Positions 12,466 to 26,760 are shown, counted from the first letter of the stretch. The stretch is 64,000 nt of DNA from Octopus bimaculoides (GCF_001194135.2 NC_068996.1:25984491-26048490); one strand, 5' to 3'. The notes: generated by a model from the sequence alone, not told the origin. Numbers and translations are program-made.

Positions 12466-13091
12466 GTAATTTAACTTCATAAATTGGTGGGGAGACCATT
12501 TTTTATGCTTTGTTATATATTTTATTAATTATGGCATCATTGGTTACAGTTTTTCAAAAGGTCAATCACTGTCACTCATCTCAAATGCAAGAATACAGTG
12601 ACCCAAAGGAAGCACCTGCACAATTTGAAGAGAGAAAATGCCAAAAGGCATTTCTTTTTTCTTTTTCAGTGCAATGATTTATAGATTATCTTTGTTATCG
12701 TGTACATTTTTGTTGTTATACATTGATGACAAGCAGGTAGGCTTGTATTATACACACATAATTAATCATGTATAGTTGCAGAAGTCAGTTACTCTAGAGG
12801 TGTTAATATCTTTTCCAAAACCATTTATATAAAATATTTATGGATAGTTATTTTAAAACTTGCAGTTCCTCTATTGGAATTAATGTGGATTATAATCAGA
12901 GTAACCATTGGTGCATTTGATTGTTAGCAAATGTTCAAGTGACAATCTGGTGAAGATGGGATTTTCAAGCAAAGAAAAAAACTAGCTTGTACACATTTTA
13001 CAAATACAATATATCAAAGAGTGTGCATCTCTCTTATATATGTGTGTGTGTGTGTGTGTGTGTACGTACGTACATACATACATACATACAT

Positions 13092-13151
<60 letters not shown>

Positions 13152-13476
13152 CCACAGTCCAATGACTGAAACAAGTAAAAAAAAACAAAAAAGATATACA
13201 CATAGTTGTGTGGTTAAAAAGTTTGTTTCCCAGCTAGTGATAACTGGAAATGAATGACACCATCATAGAAGCAGTAAAATTCATTTTTAATCTTCTATCT
13301 AAATTGGTAACATGTCCAGCCATGGAGAAATATTACCTGGCTTAGAAACAGACGAGGATTAACAGGAAGGGCATCGGACCATAGAAAATATGATTCAACT
13401 AATTCCATGTGACCAAGAAAACATAGAAAAGTAAATGTTAAACTGATGATGATATGTATGTATGTATATATATGAA

Positions 13477-13705
13477 GGCAGCGAGCTGGCAGAATCGTTA
13501 GCACACCGGCCAGAATGCTTAGCGGTATTTTGGCTGCCATTATGTTCTAAGTTCAAATTCCACTGAGGTCAACTTTGCCTTTCATCCTTTTGGGGTCAAT
13601 TAAAAAAGTACCAGTTAGGCACTGGGGTTGATGTAATCGACTTAATCGCTTTGTCTGTCCTTGTTTGTCCCCTCTATGTTTAGCCTCATGTGGGCAATAA
13701 ATAGA
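13477..13705 (+). mobile_element. tRNA-derived SINE, family B (Meta-domain-like core; Tx1-type tail)
   Basis: GGC(G/A)GCGAGCTGGCAGAA head, AGTTCAAATTCC B-box, GCCTTTCATCCTTT..GGGTC..TAAA..AAGTACCAG core and TTGTCTGTCCTTGT...GGGCAATAAA tail. The Meta-domain assignment is from memory of MetaSINE cores and is unverified. Confidence 0.85.
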
Positions 13706-13720
13706 TATGCATGTATGTAT

Positions 13721-13757
<37 letters not shown>

Positions 13758-13813
13758 TGTGTGTGTGTGTGTGCATGCACGCATGTGTGTGTGTGTGTGT
13801 GTATATATTGTGC

Positions 13814-14141
13814 AGACCCCTTCAGTCATGTATGTCCATGGGATTGCACCTAGAAAGTTCCCCTCTGAGGCACCAGTCAGGACAAAGTTGTTTGTGGAAG
13901 ACCAGCAGTCACCTATGCATACCTGTCTCCCCTCTTCACACCCCTGATGCTATCCAAGTGAAAAGCAAAGGCTGATACAGCTTGGCACCAGTGACATCCC
14001 AACTCATTTCTACAGCTGATTGAACTAGAGCAATGTGAAATAAAGTGTCTTGCTCAAGAACACAACACACAGCCCGGTCCAGGAATTGAACTCACAACCT
14101 CATGATTTGAAGCCCAATGCTCTAACCACTGAGCCATGTGC

Positions 14142-14145
<4 letters not shown>
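13814..14145 (-). mobile_element. tRNA-derived SINE, family C
   Basis: Reverse strand GGCTCAGTGGTTAGAGC A-box, GAGTTCAATTCCTG B-box and TTGAGCAAGACACTT block. A matching 3' fragment lies near 15160-15188. Confidence 0.8.
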
Positions 14146-14182
<37 letters not shown>

Positions 14183-15394
14183 TATATTCATACAAATGAA
14201 GAGCTTCCATAGTTTTACTATCTACCAAACTCCACTCAAAGTATTAGTTAACTGAAGGGCATTTATTGTAAAAGGCATTTGCCCAAGGTATAACACACTG
14301 AGATTGAACACGAGACTACATAGTTGCAAAGCAAACATCTTAACTACACAAATATGCCAGCACATATTGAATACACTGTTTCTATACAGATAGATATATA
14401 ATAAACAAATTTTTGCTGAAATATTTAGTCTATTGTAGTTTACAAGTTCAGTGCTGCAGGGGAACTATGCTTTAAGTGGTGGAGGTTGTGGGAAGAGTCT
14501 GAGAGTCATAATGCAGAAATAAAGAAAAAAAAAACTGAAGAATGAGAGAACTAATGATAAAACTTTGAGAGTTTGGAATGTTGGTAAAGAAACCAAATAT
14601 AAAAAGAGAATCAATAAATAATATCTGGTTCAAAGAAGGGAAGAAATAAAAAAAAGTATAAAAATAAAGTTTAAAAAATTGACTCATCTCCCCCTCCACC
14701 CTCCGCATTATGACCAGAAGTGAAAATATTTCTCAAACTCTGCAGCAATAGCAGAGAGTTTCATTACAGTGAAACAGAGACAAACCAATGAGTGGGTCTC
14801 TGAGGTCACATGACCTCACTGGGAAATAACAACCATAATCTGCAAATTACACCCTACCATCCATCACTAATCATTAATCATTATTAGTCATGTCTTCTGA
14901 TCATCAATAATTAGTTATTGACCCTTTTGATGAGAGGTTGTTCCAATCATGACCATCTTGACTTATTTAGACGGTACATCTAAGACTAAAATGTGTACTT
15001 AGTTTTTGAAGATAGTAAGATAGGATTTTGAAGGAGATTGAGTTACTATTTCTCATAGGTTGAATGACCACTCAGAAACATCCATGTTGAAGCAACAATG
15101 ACAATGATGAATAATGGTACTGATTAAGTGGATAGTAGTGATGAGAATGAGTGCAATCCCTTGGTCATGCATGACTGAAGGGGGTCTGGGGTAATTACAA
15201 TGTTTATGATTTTTTTAAATTTTATTTTATAGGATGGGCCTTAAGGAAAGGGGCTATGATCATAGTCTTCAAAGACCTGCCAAGACTGGTGAGACTGACA
15301 AAAGTGACACACTTACCATTCTTCTTTGAAGAAAAAATTCCAGATGGAAATGTTCTTGGGAGGAATGATGTGGTGTAGTACAGTGCCTTGCATC

Positions 15395-15578
15395 TTTTAT
15401 TTTTCACTTGTTACAGTCTCTGGACTGTGACTATGCTGGGGGAACAGCCTCGAAGGATCTTAGTTATTTTTTATTAAATCTGGTACTTATTCTATTTGGT
15501 CTCTTTAGCTGGCCCATTAAGTTATGGGAATGTGAATAAATTGATGGCAGTTGTCAAACAGTGGTGGAGGACAAACAT

Positions 15579-15648
<70 letters not shown>

Positions 15649-15820
15649 ACAGAGAGGATTCCTCATAGTTTCTTTCTAGTAAATTCACTCAAAAGGTATT
15701 AGTTTGTCCAGAGCTATTAGTAGCAAACATTTTCCCCCAAGTGTTACAGAGTGGGGTTGAACCTGAAACCACATGGTTGAAAAGTGAGTTTCTTAACCAT
15801 ACAACCATGCCAGCACCTAG
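15395..15820 (-). mobile_element. SINE family A (diverged, expanded internal CA repeat)
   Basis: Degenerate family A head and tail on the reverse strand. Confidence 0.7.
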
Positions 15821-16518
15821 ACATGATACGGATGATGAAAAGAGGAAAGAGAAGTAAAAGGTGGTAGGAAACAAGCTAACTCTAAGGTGTAGAAGCCATC
15901 GTCATAGTAGTGTAAGAAGTACAAAGTAGAGACAACAGAATAACCATGGGTCAGAGTTTTGGAGTGTGTTGATGAGTGACTTTGTATCATTCAGTTGGGT
16001 GTAGCCAATCATGATAATCATTGATTTAATGACTGAAACTTCATGGAGCCACAGACAGTGGCTCTTTCATTCTCCTGCTCCCTGCATGGATGCGTCCTCT
16101 GTTGAAGTACTGTCTGGCCAAAGTAATTGTCTTCATTGATCACCAATGGATGAACTTAACTTCAGCTATGATCCACTTTTGTTTTCTTATTTTATTTCTC
16201 TTCTTCTCTTGCTTGCTTGCTTGCTTGCTTCCTTCTTTACAACAAAGAACAATAGAAAAAACAAATAGACATTGGATTGAAGGAAGGAAGTAAGAAAAGA
16301 AGTAAATAAATCTACATGCGTACCATACACACCTCATTTCAACTTCCAATTTTCCATAGATACATGAATCAAACAGAATTCACAGAGGCAAATTTTCTAT
16401 GACTGGATGCCCTTCATATTGCTAACTTCTATCGTCAGTTACCAAGTATTGAAAATGAATGACAATACTTGTATGATCACACTCGTTTGCAACTATTGCG
16501 TATCTCTCTATCTCTCTT

Positions 16519-16604
<86 letters not shown>

Positions 16605-17383
16605 NNNNNNNNNNNNNNNNNNNNNNNNNNNNNNNNNNNNNNNNNNNNNNNNNNNNNNNNNNNNNNNNNNNNNNNNNNNNNNNNNNNNNNNNNNNNNNNN
16701 NNNNNNNNNNNNNNNNNNNNNNNNNNNNNNNNNNNNNNNNNNNNNNNNNNNNNNNNNNNNNNNNNNNNNNNNNNNNNNNNNNNNNNNNNNNNNNNNNNNN
16801 NNNNNNNNNNNNNNNNNNNNNNNNNNNNNNNNNNNNNNNNNNNNNNNNNNNNNNNNNNNNNNNNNNNNNNNNNNNNNNNNNNNNNNNNNNNNNNNNNNNN
16901 NNNNNNNNNNNNNNNNNNNNNNNNNNNNNNNNNNNNNNNNNNNNNNNNNNNNNNNNNNNNNNNNNNNNNNNNNNNNNNNNNNNNNNNNNNNNNNNNNNNN
17001 NNNNNNNNNNNNNNNNNNNNNNNNNNNNNNNNNNNNNNNNNNNNNNNNNNNNNNNNNNNNNNNNNNNNNNNNNNNNNNNNNNNNNNNNNNNNNNNNNNNN
17101 NNNNNNNNNNNNNNNNNNNNNNNNNNNNNNNNNNNNNNNNNNNNNNNNNNNNNNNNNNNNNNNNNNNNNNNNNNNNNNNNNNNNNNNNNNNNNNNNNNNN
17201 NNNNNNNNNNNNNNNNNNNNNNNNNNNNNNNNNNNNNNNNNNNNNNNNNNNNNNNNNNNNNNNNNNNNNNNNNNNNNNNNNNNNNNNNNNNNNNNNNNNN
17301 NNNNNNNNNNNNNNNNNNNNNNNNNNNNNNNNNNNNNNNNNNNNNNNNNNNNNNNNNNNNNNNNNNNNNNNNNNNNNNNNNNN
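16605..17383. other. Assembly gap (largest of about 15 N runs)
   Basis: N run between microsatellites. Other gaps include 4012-4278, 11809-12230, 18369-18928, 35259-35480 and 42577-42820. Confidence 1.
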
Positions 17384-17421
<38 letters not shown>

Positions 17422-18278
17422 ATACATATATCAATCCATTATATATACATATGTATATGCATAATGCTTATATGTATGTACATGTACATGCCTGCATGTC
17501 ACTTATACAACTGATGATAAATGGGAATGGATAGATGGAATGTGGTGGATGGGCAGAAGCATTAGAACCTCAGACAAAAATATTTTGCAGCATTTAGTTA
17601 CAACTCTTTCTGAAAAGTTGACTTCAGTAGAGTTTGAACTCAGGTTATAATCAGTAAATTGAAGTACTAGTAAAATATTCCAATAGGTATAATTGAGTAT
17701 TTCCCTTCTTCCAAGAAATTTCTTGCCTCGTGTCAGCAAAATATCATTTTATTTTATATATATATTATCAATACCACATACTTTGTGTTTTACTTATATG
17801 CTCCTTAGCCGTGAGATAGCTCTGAGGGAATTGGCACCTTTAAGGTGCCAAGTATTAAAAAACACTGAATACTTCAAACTAGGTGAGACAGCTTGCTTTG
17901 TAAATGATTGAGATTGGTGAATATTGATATTTCACTGTATTTTGCAGCTCTTCAGCACTATGTACTTGAGCCACTTTGGAACAAATTACGATCTCTGGTT
18001 TGTGGCATATATGCAAATAGTGTAGAATCTATTTGCTGATATGTGATATCACTGCACAGGGAAAAGAAAATTATATTATGAATTATAAGTGGCTCTAATG
18101 TTTTTCAACACTCATTGCCTTAGAGATATTTCCCTGGGCTCTATCCCATGGCTAAGGAGTGTATAAGCAAAACACATTCAGTAAATATGTAGCATTAATG
18201 TTTGCATTATTAGAAATGCTTAAAATTCATAATACAAACATATATTCATAATTCATAATACAAACATATATATATGTT

Positions 18279-18309
<31 letters not shown>

Positions 18310-19494
18310 CTATATATATATAAGAATTTAAGGATTGGAGAAAACGCATGTTATAATGCAATTATAACNNNNNNNNNNNNNNNNNNNNNNNNNNNNNNNN
18401 NNNNNNNNNNNNNNNNNNNNNNNNNNNNNNNNNNNNNNNNNNNNNNNNNNNNNNNNNNNNNNNNNNNNNNNNNNNNNNNNNNNNNNNNNNNNNNNNNNNN
18501 NNNNNNNNNNNNNNNNNNNNNNNNNNNNNNNNNNNNNNNNNNNNNNNNNNNNNNNNNNNNNNNNNNNNNNNNNNNNNNNNNNNNNNNNNNNNNNNNNNNN
18601 NNNNNNNNNNNNNNNNNNNNNNNNNNNNNNNNNNNNNNNNNNNNNNNNNNNNNNNNNNNNNNNNNNNNNNNNNNNNNNNNNNNNNNNNNNNNNNNNNNNN
18701 NNNNNNNNNNNNNNNNNNNNNNNNNNNNNNNNNNNNNNNNNNNNNNNNNNNNNNNNNNNNNNNNNNNNNNNNNNNNNNNNNNNNNNNNNNNNNNNNNNNN
18801 NNNNNNNNNNNNNNNNNNNNNNNNNNNNNNNNNNNNNNNNNNNNNNNNNNNNNNNNNNNNNNNNNNNNNNNNNNNNNNNNNNNNNNNNNNNNNNNNNNNN
18901 NNNNNNNNNNNNNNNNNNNNNNNNNNNTATATATACACACGTAATTTAATATAATAATATATCTATACACACATATACATACATACATACATACATACAT
19001 AAATACATACATACATACATACATAAATACATACATACATACATACATACATACATACATACATACATACATACATACATAGAACCCCAATTCAGAAGAT
19101 GCAATAACTAAAGGCATTCCAGCTATGGTCATCCCATCATTTTGTATACCTAAGACCATGTTGTGCAATGTGTCCTCTGTTTTTTTTTTTTAAGATGGAG
19201 TATTAATTGGAGGGAAAAGGGGAGATTTTGCTGCTCTTACCATCCGATTGAGGCTCCTGTTTTGATTTGTACAAGATAGCTGTTGCAACATGGAGAGGGG
19301 TGGGGTATTGTTCATGGTCAGATTAACAAAATCTGGGAACCAAATTTGTTCCTTTGACCTCTGCTTCATCAAAAAAATCTGCATTTCATTTCCAAGACAT
19401 CTTTTCACAAAATTTGTTCCTTTGACTCTTACTTCATGAAAAAAAATTTCCATTTCATTTTGAAGACATAAATATATATGTGTGTCATATTTAT

Positions 19495-19725
19495 GGCGGC
19501 GAGCTGGCAGAAACATTAGCGAGCCGGGCGAGATGCTTAGCAGTATTTCGTCTGCCATTATGTTCTGAGTTCAAAATCCGCCGAGGTCGACTTTGCCTTT
19601 CATCCTTTCAGGGTCGATAAATAAAGTACCAGTTACGCACTGGGGTCGATGTAATCGACTTAATCCCTTTGTCTGTCCTTGTCTGTCTCCTCTATGTTTA
19701 GCCCCTTGTAGGCAATAAAGAAATA
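19495..19725 (+). mobile_element. SINE family B, full length, young
   Basis: CpG-rich copy ending CCCCTTGTAGGCAATAAAGAAATA; serves as the local reference for the uninterrupted head. Confidence 0.9.
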
Positions 19726-21194
19726 TACATGTGTGTCTGTGGGAAAAATAATACTAACAAAACTTGATATGAATATCAGGTTTTATTTGAGTAAATGCGT
19801 GTGGAAATATGTGTTGAGAGTTCCTGATACTTGGAAAGTTCATTTAAATTGTTTTGTTTAATTACAATTTAAATATTTTTAAAGAGGTAACAAATGCTTA
19901 CCACCAACACCACCCTTACAACCACGACACTGCCTGCACCATTGCAACCTTCACGGCTGTTCCTGCTACCATCATGAACAGCAACAACATAACTACAATT
20001 AAACCCATGAATTTTTAGAACATAGAATGTGTTACTGCATTTGTTCTATCCTGATTCTCAACAGATTCACTGCTTTTGTTCTGACTTTGAATTCTACTGA
20101 GGCTAGCTTCACCTTTCATCCTTTCAGGGTTAAAACAAGCAACAATTCAAGAACATCAGATTGGTTACCTTGTAGTATTTATTCCAACTCAGTGCATTCT
20201 TAGTTTAAATCTCGCCATGACATAGATGGTAGACATGACTTGTCATCTGTTTTAACATCATCATTTACCACCTTTGATGCCTCTAGCAGAGCTCACTTTA
20301 CTGCTTGCATTTGTGCCAGATTTCTGATTTGAGAATATCTTCCTCCCTCCATTCTTACCTTTTGTCTTGGTGGCCCTGTAACAGGTCATGAGCATTGCCT
20401 GCTTTTGTGAGTAAAAGATAAAAAAAAAAAAACACAATCACATCACTGCCTCCACCACCACAAACAACAGTCACCATAAATAACAACCAATAACAACAAC
20501 ACATGTCATGACTGCCACCACCACAACCAGTACACCTACCAACACCACAAGCTCACTACCAATGACCCATACTCTTAAAAGCAAGCAAAACAATGCACCT
20601 GATGCCTAATTTATTTAATAGTTGTACAGATAGATGATGCTTGCTTAGCAGTTCTTAACCGTTCTTGTCTTTAGAATGTCTTTATTAGCATTGAAGCTTC
20701 AAGAGCCTGCCTGTGTTGTATGCTAGTTGAGTCATTTCTTAACTCCGTTTCTAGCTTTAGTGCAAGAAATTGGGGTTTTTTCTTTTCCTTTTTTTTCTTC
20801 TTTTTTTAAAATTTTTTTTTACCAAAGCTGTAATTTTCTAACCAAATAATTTGCGCATTAAAACTGTCTTTCTGTGGCATGAATTCCTACCTTAGAATTA
20901 CTGGACCACCTCACAAATTTATTCTGTTACCAGCTAACTTTCTTTATGGTGATAGTAGTGATACCCAGGACTGTTTCTTTTTATCTGTCTTGTTTATCTA
21001 TTTATTTATTTGTTTATTCTCATTTATTGTTATGTCTTCTTGATTTATTAAATTTTTATTCAATTTTTCTTTCTGTTTTTGTTTTTTGTTTTTTTTTGTA
21101 CAGAACCCAACATAGAACAAACAAGTCTTGATTTTTCCACTTCTTGATTTAAATGCTGTGAAATTATCAATAAAAAGAGACTAATTTACTTTAA

Positions 21195-21257
21195 TAAAAA
21201 GAAAAGAAAAGAAAAGAGGGGAAGGGAAGGCAAGAGAAAGAAGGGTGGGTGGATGGG

Positions 21258-21298
<41 letters not shown>

Positions 21299-21570
21299 GA
21301 GAGAGAGAAAGAGGAAGGAGCTGGGGAGAGAGAGCAAAAGAGAGATAGAAAGAGGGGAGAGAATTGGGTAGAGGAAGGGGGTCTGGAGGGAGAGAGAGAG
21401 GGAGAGAAGGGAGAGCAAAAGGGAGAGAAAGAGAAAGGTAAGAGGAGTGACAAGGCGGGAAGTGATAGGGAAGGGTAGTGATAGGGAGGAGAGGGAGGAG
21501 AATGTGGAGAGGGAGAGTGAGGGGAGGAAGAGGAAGAGAGAAAACACAGATAGGAGAGAGAGTGTGGGAG
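21195..21570. repeat. GA-rich low-complexity tract
   Basis: Direct inspection. Confidence 0.9.
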
Positions 21571-22244
21571 GGAGTAAATTGTCCACCCCATTTAGGATTC
21601 TAATTACTTGCCAATGTTGGTAGTATTGGGATAAAGTTGGCAACACTTCACAAAATACTTTTATTTACCAGGTTATTTTTTTTTCCCTTCCTCTTCCTCT
21701 TCTTAACCTTTCTCTGTCCTGACTCATTCCAAGTCTTGCTAGTTTGAAAGAAACAAAAGCAGCTTGGAAACTTTTTGTTTTTCTCTTTTACTTGATTTTT
21801 GTTCCTTCCTTTTGTTCTCTTTCAAATTATTTTTCTATTTTCGTGTTTCTCACTTCTTAACTAACAGCTTATTGACTTATCTCTGCAAAGTGTGATCCTC
21901 ACAAATGACCTTAATGTTAGTTAGCAGTAGCAATACTAGTAGCATTAGTACCAACAGCAGTAGCAAAAATCAGAGCCAGTGAAGTAGCTGTAATGTTCTT
22001 ATACTAAACAACTAGAAGGGAGAAAATATACCCAGAGACATGATTTACATGAAAACAAAATGGTAAAGTCAGTGCTAATATATAATATGAAGTGAGTTAA
22101 AGAAAAAAAAAAAACATTTGAAATTGCATTAGTGGTGAAAAGGAGAAATGTATCATTATCTTAGTTCTTGTCAAGAAATGTAAGGGAGAAAATCCAAGAA
22201 TTTAATTGAAATTAGATAAATAAATATGTGTGCGTGTGCTGGTC

Positions 22245-22512
22245 CAAAAAGAAAGGCACCTGTACTGGTCCATGTAGAAAGGCACCTGTACCAGTCCACA
22301 TTGAAAGGCACCCATACCTGTCCACATTGGAAGGCATCTGTACCGATCCACTTAGAAAGGCATCCGTGCTGGACCAGGTAAAAGGCACCCCTGCTGGACC
22401 ACGTAAGAAAGCATCCCTACTAGTCCACGTAAGAAAACACCCCTGCCAGTCCACGTAAGAAAGCACCCATGACAGACCACGTAAGAAAGCACCTACACCA
22501 GTCCACATAAAG
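22245..22512 (+). repeat. 26-bp minisatellite, about 10 copies
   Basis: Unit approx. AAAGGCACCYGTRCYRGTCCACGTAG; AAAGGCACC recurs at 22252, 22278 and 22304. Confidence 0.9.
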
Positions 22513-23204
22513 ATGTGGATGTACCACAACCATATATAACTTTAATGTTTTAGTATTCAGATTACTTAGTGTGAGAAAATGCTTGATCAACACAAATCAA
22601 AGTGAATAAATAAGCATTACATTTGACAGAGTCACAGCTCTGAGGTTTCAATGGTGTGATTGTTTATTTTTAGAATCATATTTTAGAATCATATTGAAGA
22701 TAGGTGTGAAAAGCTGGATAAGGCCAGTCAGAAAATAAAACAGGTACAATATTTGGACTGGATATGGCTGGTCTAGATGCTAATGGATTAAATAGATAAC
22801 TGGTGAGCAACTGGCAAAGGTCTTACTGAGTAATGCTAAGACATTTTTTGGTCTTTTTGAGGAATCTTTTTTACAAATGTGGTTTGGCCACTGTTGATTA
22901 CTGCTGACAATAATGCTTAAGTCATGTCCACTAACAGATATTTTAAGGTTGGTGTTGTGCAGGAATTAGGTAAATTCCAGGTTTTTACTTGTCTGCAGCC
23001 ACCTTGAATTGCCTGTTAGTATTCCATTCCTACAGTGTATTTAGGTCAGATTGCAAGAAAAATCTACAGCATATACAGCCCAGTCTTTTAAACTCAAGCT
23101 TAATTTTGTTCGTGTATTTTATCACACTAACATGCTTCTAGTTAACATCTATTTCACTAATATATACAACAAACAAAACACACACGCACATACACACACG
23201 CACG

Positions 23205-23248
<44 letters not shown>

Positions 23249-23475
23249 TCTGCTTTTGGAACAGTGATTCTTGAAGTACATCACATAAAGCTATAAGTAA
23301 TTATATGTAAATATTGGGTTAAAAACCCTTTTGGATAGAAAAAAAATGAAGGCTACTTTTGATTCTCTCTATTCAAAAGAGTTTTCAACCCAATATTTAC
23401 ACACTATTATTTTATAGTTTATGTACTTCAAGATCTACTTTAACAAAAAAGAAATATTTCACATTCTCCTGAAAG

Positions 23476-23518
<43 letters not shown>

Positions 23519-23699
23519 ACATTTCTACTTATCAATTCTAGCCAAAAGGCCTTAATTGCTGAGCCTATAGTAGCAACACTTGCTCAAGATGCCTCACACT
23601 GAGTGAATGCAAAACCTTTTTGGGCAAGTGGATTTCTTAAACACACAGGGATGCCTAAACCTAAATAATACATAGCAATAACAATATAAAACAAAATGA

Positions 23700-25260
23700 C
23701 TCCAAATAGGGATAGGGGGTAACTACACAGTATGATTTGGGGAACCCCATAAACAAATTCTGGATTATGTTGACATACCAAAGACAAGTTATGTCTCCCA
23801 GTTCATGCTGCCTACCTAGAGCAGCATAGTTACAGTAGAGCTGCTTAGCCATGACAATATCACCCACTTTTCATATTTTCTCAGAGGGAAGCATCTCCAT
23901 CTTTACTCTTACCTTCCCTTTCAAATAGTAATTGAAGAAGTTGATGAGGAACACTTTTTGCTATTCCTTGCAAAAATAAAGTGGTGGGTTGATTTTCCTG
24001 ATAAACTCAGTGGTTAGATAAATCCATCCTGCATGTGACAACAGCTGTTAGACATAAACCCACAAATTGAACAGACACTAAACAAGTGAAAATTGGTGGC
24101 TCTTGCATGGCCATGTCTGTAGAGTTTATCTTCAATTAGCAAAAATTTCTGACCTAGCAGTGCTACAAAGAAACTTTGCAAACTGTCCATGATATTTGAT
24201 CTGAAAGTCCTTGAGAACTGACAATCCAGACTGCTCTCATCAAAGCCTAAACCACACGTAGGTCATTAGTGTTCTCACCATCCACAAATCTACAAAATGT
24301 GAAGACTGACACTCCATCAACCATACTGTCCAGCTGGCAAACTAAGAGTCTGGTACCATTTCAAATGCCAGATTCCCAAACTCAGTCTGTACTTGACTCA
24401 GGACTGCAGTTCAGTATGGTTATCAGTTGTAGATGGACCTCTTGACTAATAAAACTTGTTCCAACCACAAAATGTGAAAGTGTATATGTTCTAAACAGAG
24501 CAAATGCTTTCAAAAACAGAAAACAATGGTTATGTAGGAGAGACCATAAAAATGTTAGCCACTTCCACTTGACCTTCCATGAGAAAAATTCATCTCAGCT
24601 CATTTCTGAGCAAGACTGGCCACTCCACTTATCTCATGCCTATTTTATCCACTTGGGGATCTAAATCAGACCCCAAGTATGTAAATGGGCCTTCAGTCAG
24701 TTGACAGAAGATACCATCCAGCATGGATTTGCCTGTTCAAGCACTGAGTTGTAAGCTCATTGACTTGCCTCAGTTAATGTATACTCACATTACATCCTGG
24801 TTCGACCAATTTCTGATATATTTGATATGACAGTTGTGTCATCCGTGTATGCAGATAAATCTCTTCTGTGCCCCACTTTCAGTGAGTATTTCTCAATACT
24901 TCTTATTTCTACAGCAATAACTTGAGTGCCAAAATATACAGAAGGTGAGGTAGGGAAACCTCTTGTAGACTGAACATACAATGTTAAATGGGCCTGATAG
25001 GGTAATCTGTATTGTAGTGATCCAAACTCTGAAGATGGGATCAAAATCAACTTTGCTTGGGTCAGAATCCAAGAATGGTCAATTTTGGTGGGGGTCTGCT
25101 CAGTTTAGATTAGCCTAAAGCTTTCAACAAAGTCAGGTCTAGTGCCCATCCACTCTTCTACATATCGCATGATGTGTAGGCTATTGTGAGGAAATATATT
25201 GGAGATTGCACAATTTTATGCATTTTGACTATGTTCATACAAGTACCAAACTTTTAGTTA
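23700..25260 (-). pseudogene. Tx1-clade LINE ORF2 (reverse transcriptase) remnant
   Basis: Reverse-strand pieces LSAYTDDTTVI (YADD box), KSMSLQLSA*TGKSM, TEGPFTYLGSDLDPQVDK and VASLAQK*...VANIFMVS follow the order of Tx1/L1 RT and thumb motifs; many stops and frameshifts. Confidence 0.7.
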
Positions 25261-25329
25261 AGAACCTTTACCAAAATCAACTGTTTTCAGTAGGGTTATT
25301 AACTAAAGCCGTCTTATGTATCCTTTATT

Positions 25330-25950
25330 TGATTCTTCCTAAGCAATAACATTCTTCAGTTTACATAACTGGCAATTCTCCCATTTTACTGCTTGTTGCA
25401 GTACACTGCTGACAAGACAGTAGCAAACAAGTTTGGCATGTAACAATACAGCTTGTGTAGTAGACTGCCCATTCTTAATGATTTGACCATCAAACAGCTG
25501 CTGAACATATCTATTACTTCATCTGCTCAAATGTGTTTCACAGCACTCTTCATTTTTGGATGTGATTTGAAACCGACCATTGAAGTAGGCATTGAAGTTC
25601 ACTGTCTCCAATTCATTACTCCATGTAAACAATTTAGTAAAGTGCTATTGAGAAATTCACACTCATCTGTTTTGGAATTGGATAGCATGTGCATTCTGCT
25701 CTCCAATAGATGTCACTATAATGCACCACTCCCATTCCAGTCATTGGATGACGTGGTGGATTTTCTTAGTTCGATAATGAGGATTCAATTGTTCAATAAA
25801 CTGAAATACCTACTCTTTTCATTTTAATTATCATACAGCTGACTATTCCACAGACACGTGTACCTTTACTGTAATTCTCAGGCAGAAACAGCAGTTTGTA
25901 ACTTTTGAATCCATCCAACACATTTCTTTACAGTTTCCATCAACTCAATT
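25330..25950 (-). mobile_element. Probable RTE (BovB-like) RT fragment
   Basis: Decayed reverse-strand translation with NAYFNGRFQ and a Q..V(K)QGCVL-like region; low identity. Confidence 0.45.
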
Positions 25951-26511
25951 GAGTTGACCTAAGACTTTAAAATATGGCATTTATCCCAAATTTTTCATAG
26001 TGGGATCGAACCAAGGACTTCGTGGTTGTAAAGTGAACTTAACCATTTGACCTGGCTGTGCCTATAATGGAGACATGACAGCCATATTTTAAACATTATT
26101 ATGTTTCAGTTTTCTTGTATTTCTTAATAGTATTGTATTCAATGAAATTTTGACACTCATCTGCAACCTAGTCATCTTGAACTGTGTCAGTAATGAAGTC
26201 ACAAATGTATGATACTTTATATGGAGGGGCTATTTTGTTATCAAAGATATGGTGCCAGGCTTTATAAAAACACGAGTGCAGGAAATCTTCATATTGAAAT
26301 TAAAATAAATTCTAATTTCTATAAACATCTCTAAATATGTTGAGATTAATATTAAATAATTAATTTTACAAATATACATGAAAAACAGATGCCTTAGTAA
26401 ATAGAATGCAAGCTTGAAATATCTTACCTTTAATTATATTTCACTGATATAGCTATTCTTAGCTAGTTCCTTTCATGGATAATCTTGGTTCTGCTTGAAT
26501 TTTAATATGCC

Positions 26512-26544
<33 letters not shown>

Positions 26545-26550
<6 letters not shown>

Positions 26551-26760
26551 TTTTTTTGGTCCTTTGAACATTTGTTATTGAGAAAACCGGCTCAACATTA
26601 GCATTACAAGGCAGTATGCTGAACAAGTATTGGCATAACAACTCTGAGAATTGCTCTGCAAATTCAATTTGTTGAAATACAGAATGGCAGGCATTAGAGA
26701 TAGGTAGCACACACAAGTTGGTCTTTCTTTGTTTTGACGGGGATTTTTCAGATTTCTTTT
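26545..26760 (-). pseudogene. hAT transposase C-terminal (dimerisation domain) fragment
   Basis: FSELLCQYLFSILPCNANVEPVFSITNVQRTK resembles the hAT S/N-A-x-x-E-R-x-F-S...W-T-x-x-R-N motif. Confidence 0.55.

Noticed and set aside
13477-14145. tRNA genes
   Set aside because: A/B boxes belong to SINE heads that continue into SINE cores; no complete cloverleaf was found.
15222-15407. Coding exon with splice-like signals on both strands
   Set aside because: Plausible donors exist on either strand but acceptors are weak or the peptides unrecognisable; cannot be supported.
19342-19470. Two ~60-bp direct repeats with CCTTTGA (TCF-like) sites
   Set aside because: Simple local tandem duplication; the motif alone is insufficient for a regulatory call.
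25453-25827. 124-aa plus-strand ORF as a gene
   Set aside because: Antisense to a decayed RTE RT fragment. The same explanation fits 56542-56820 (antisense to a LINE remnant).
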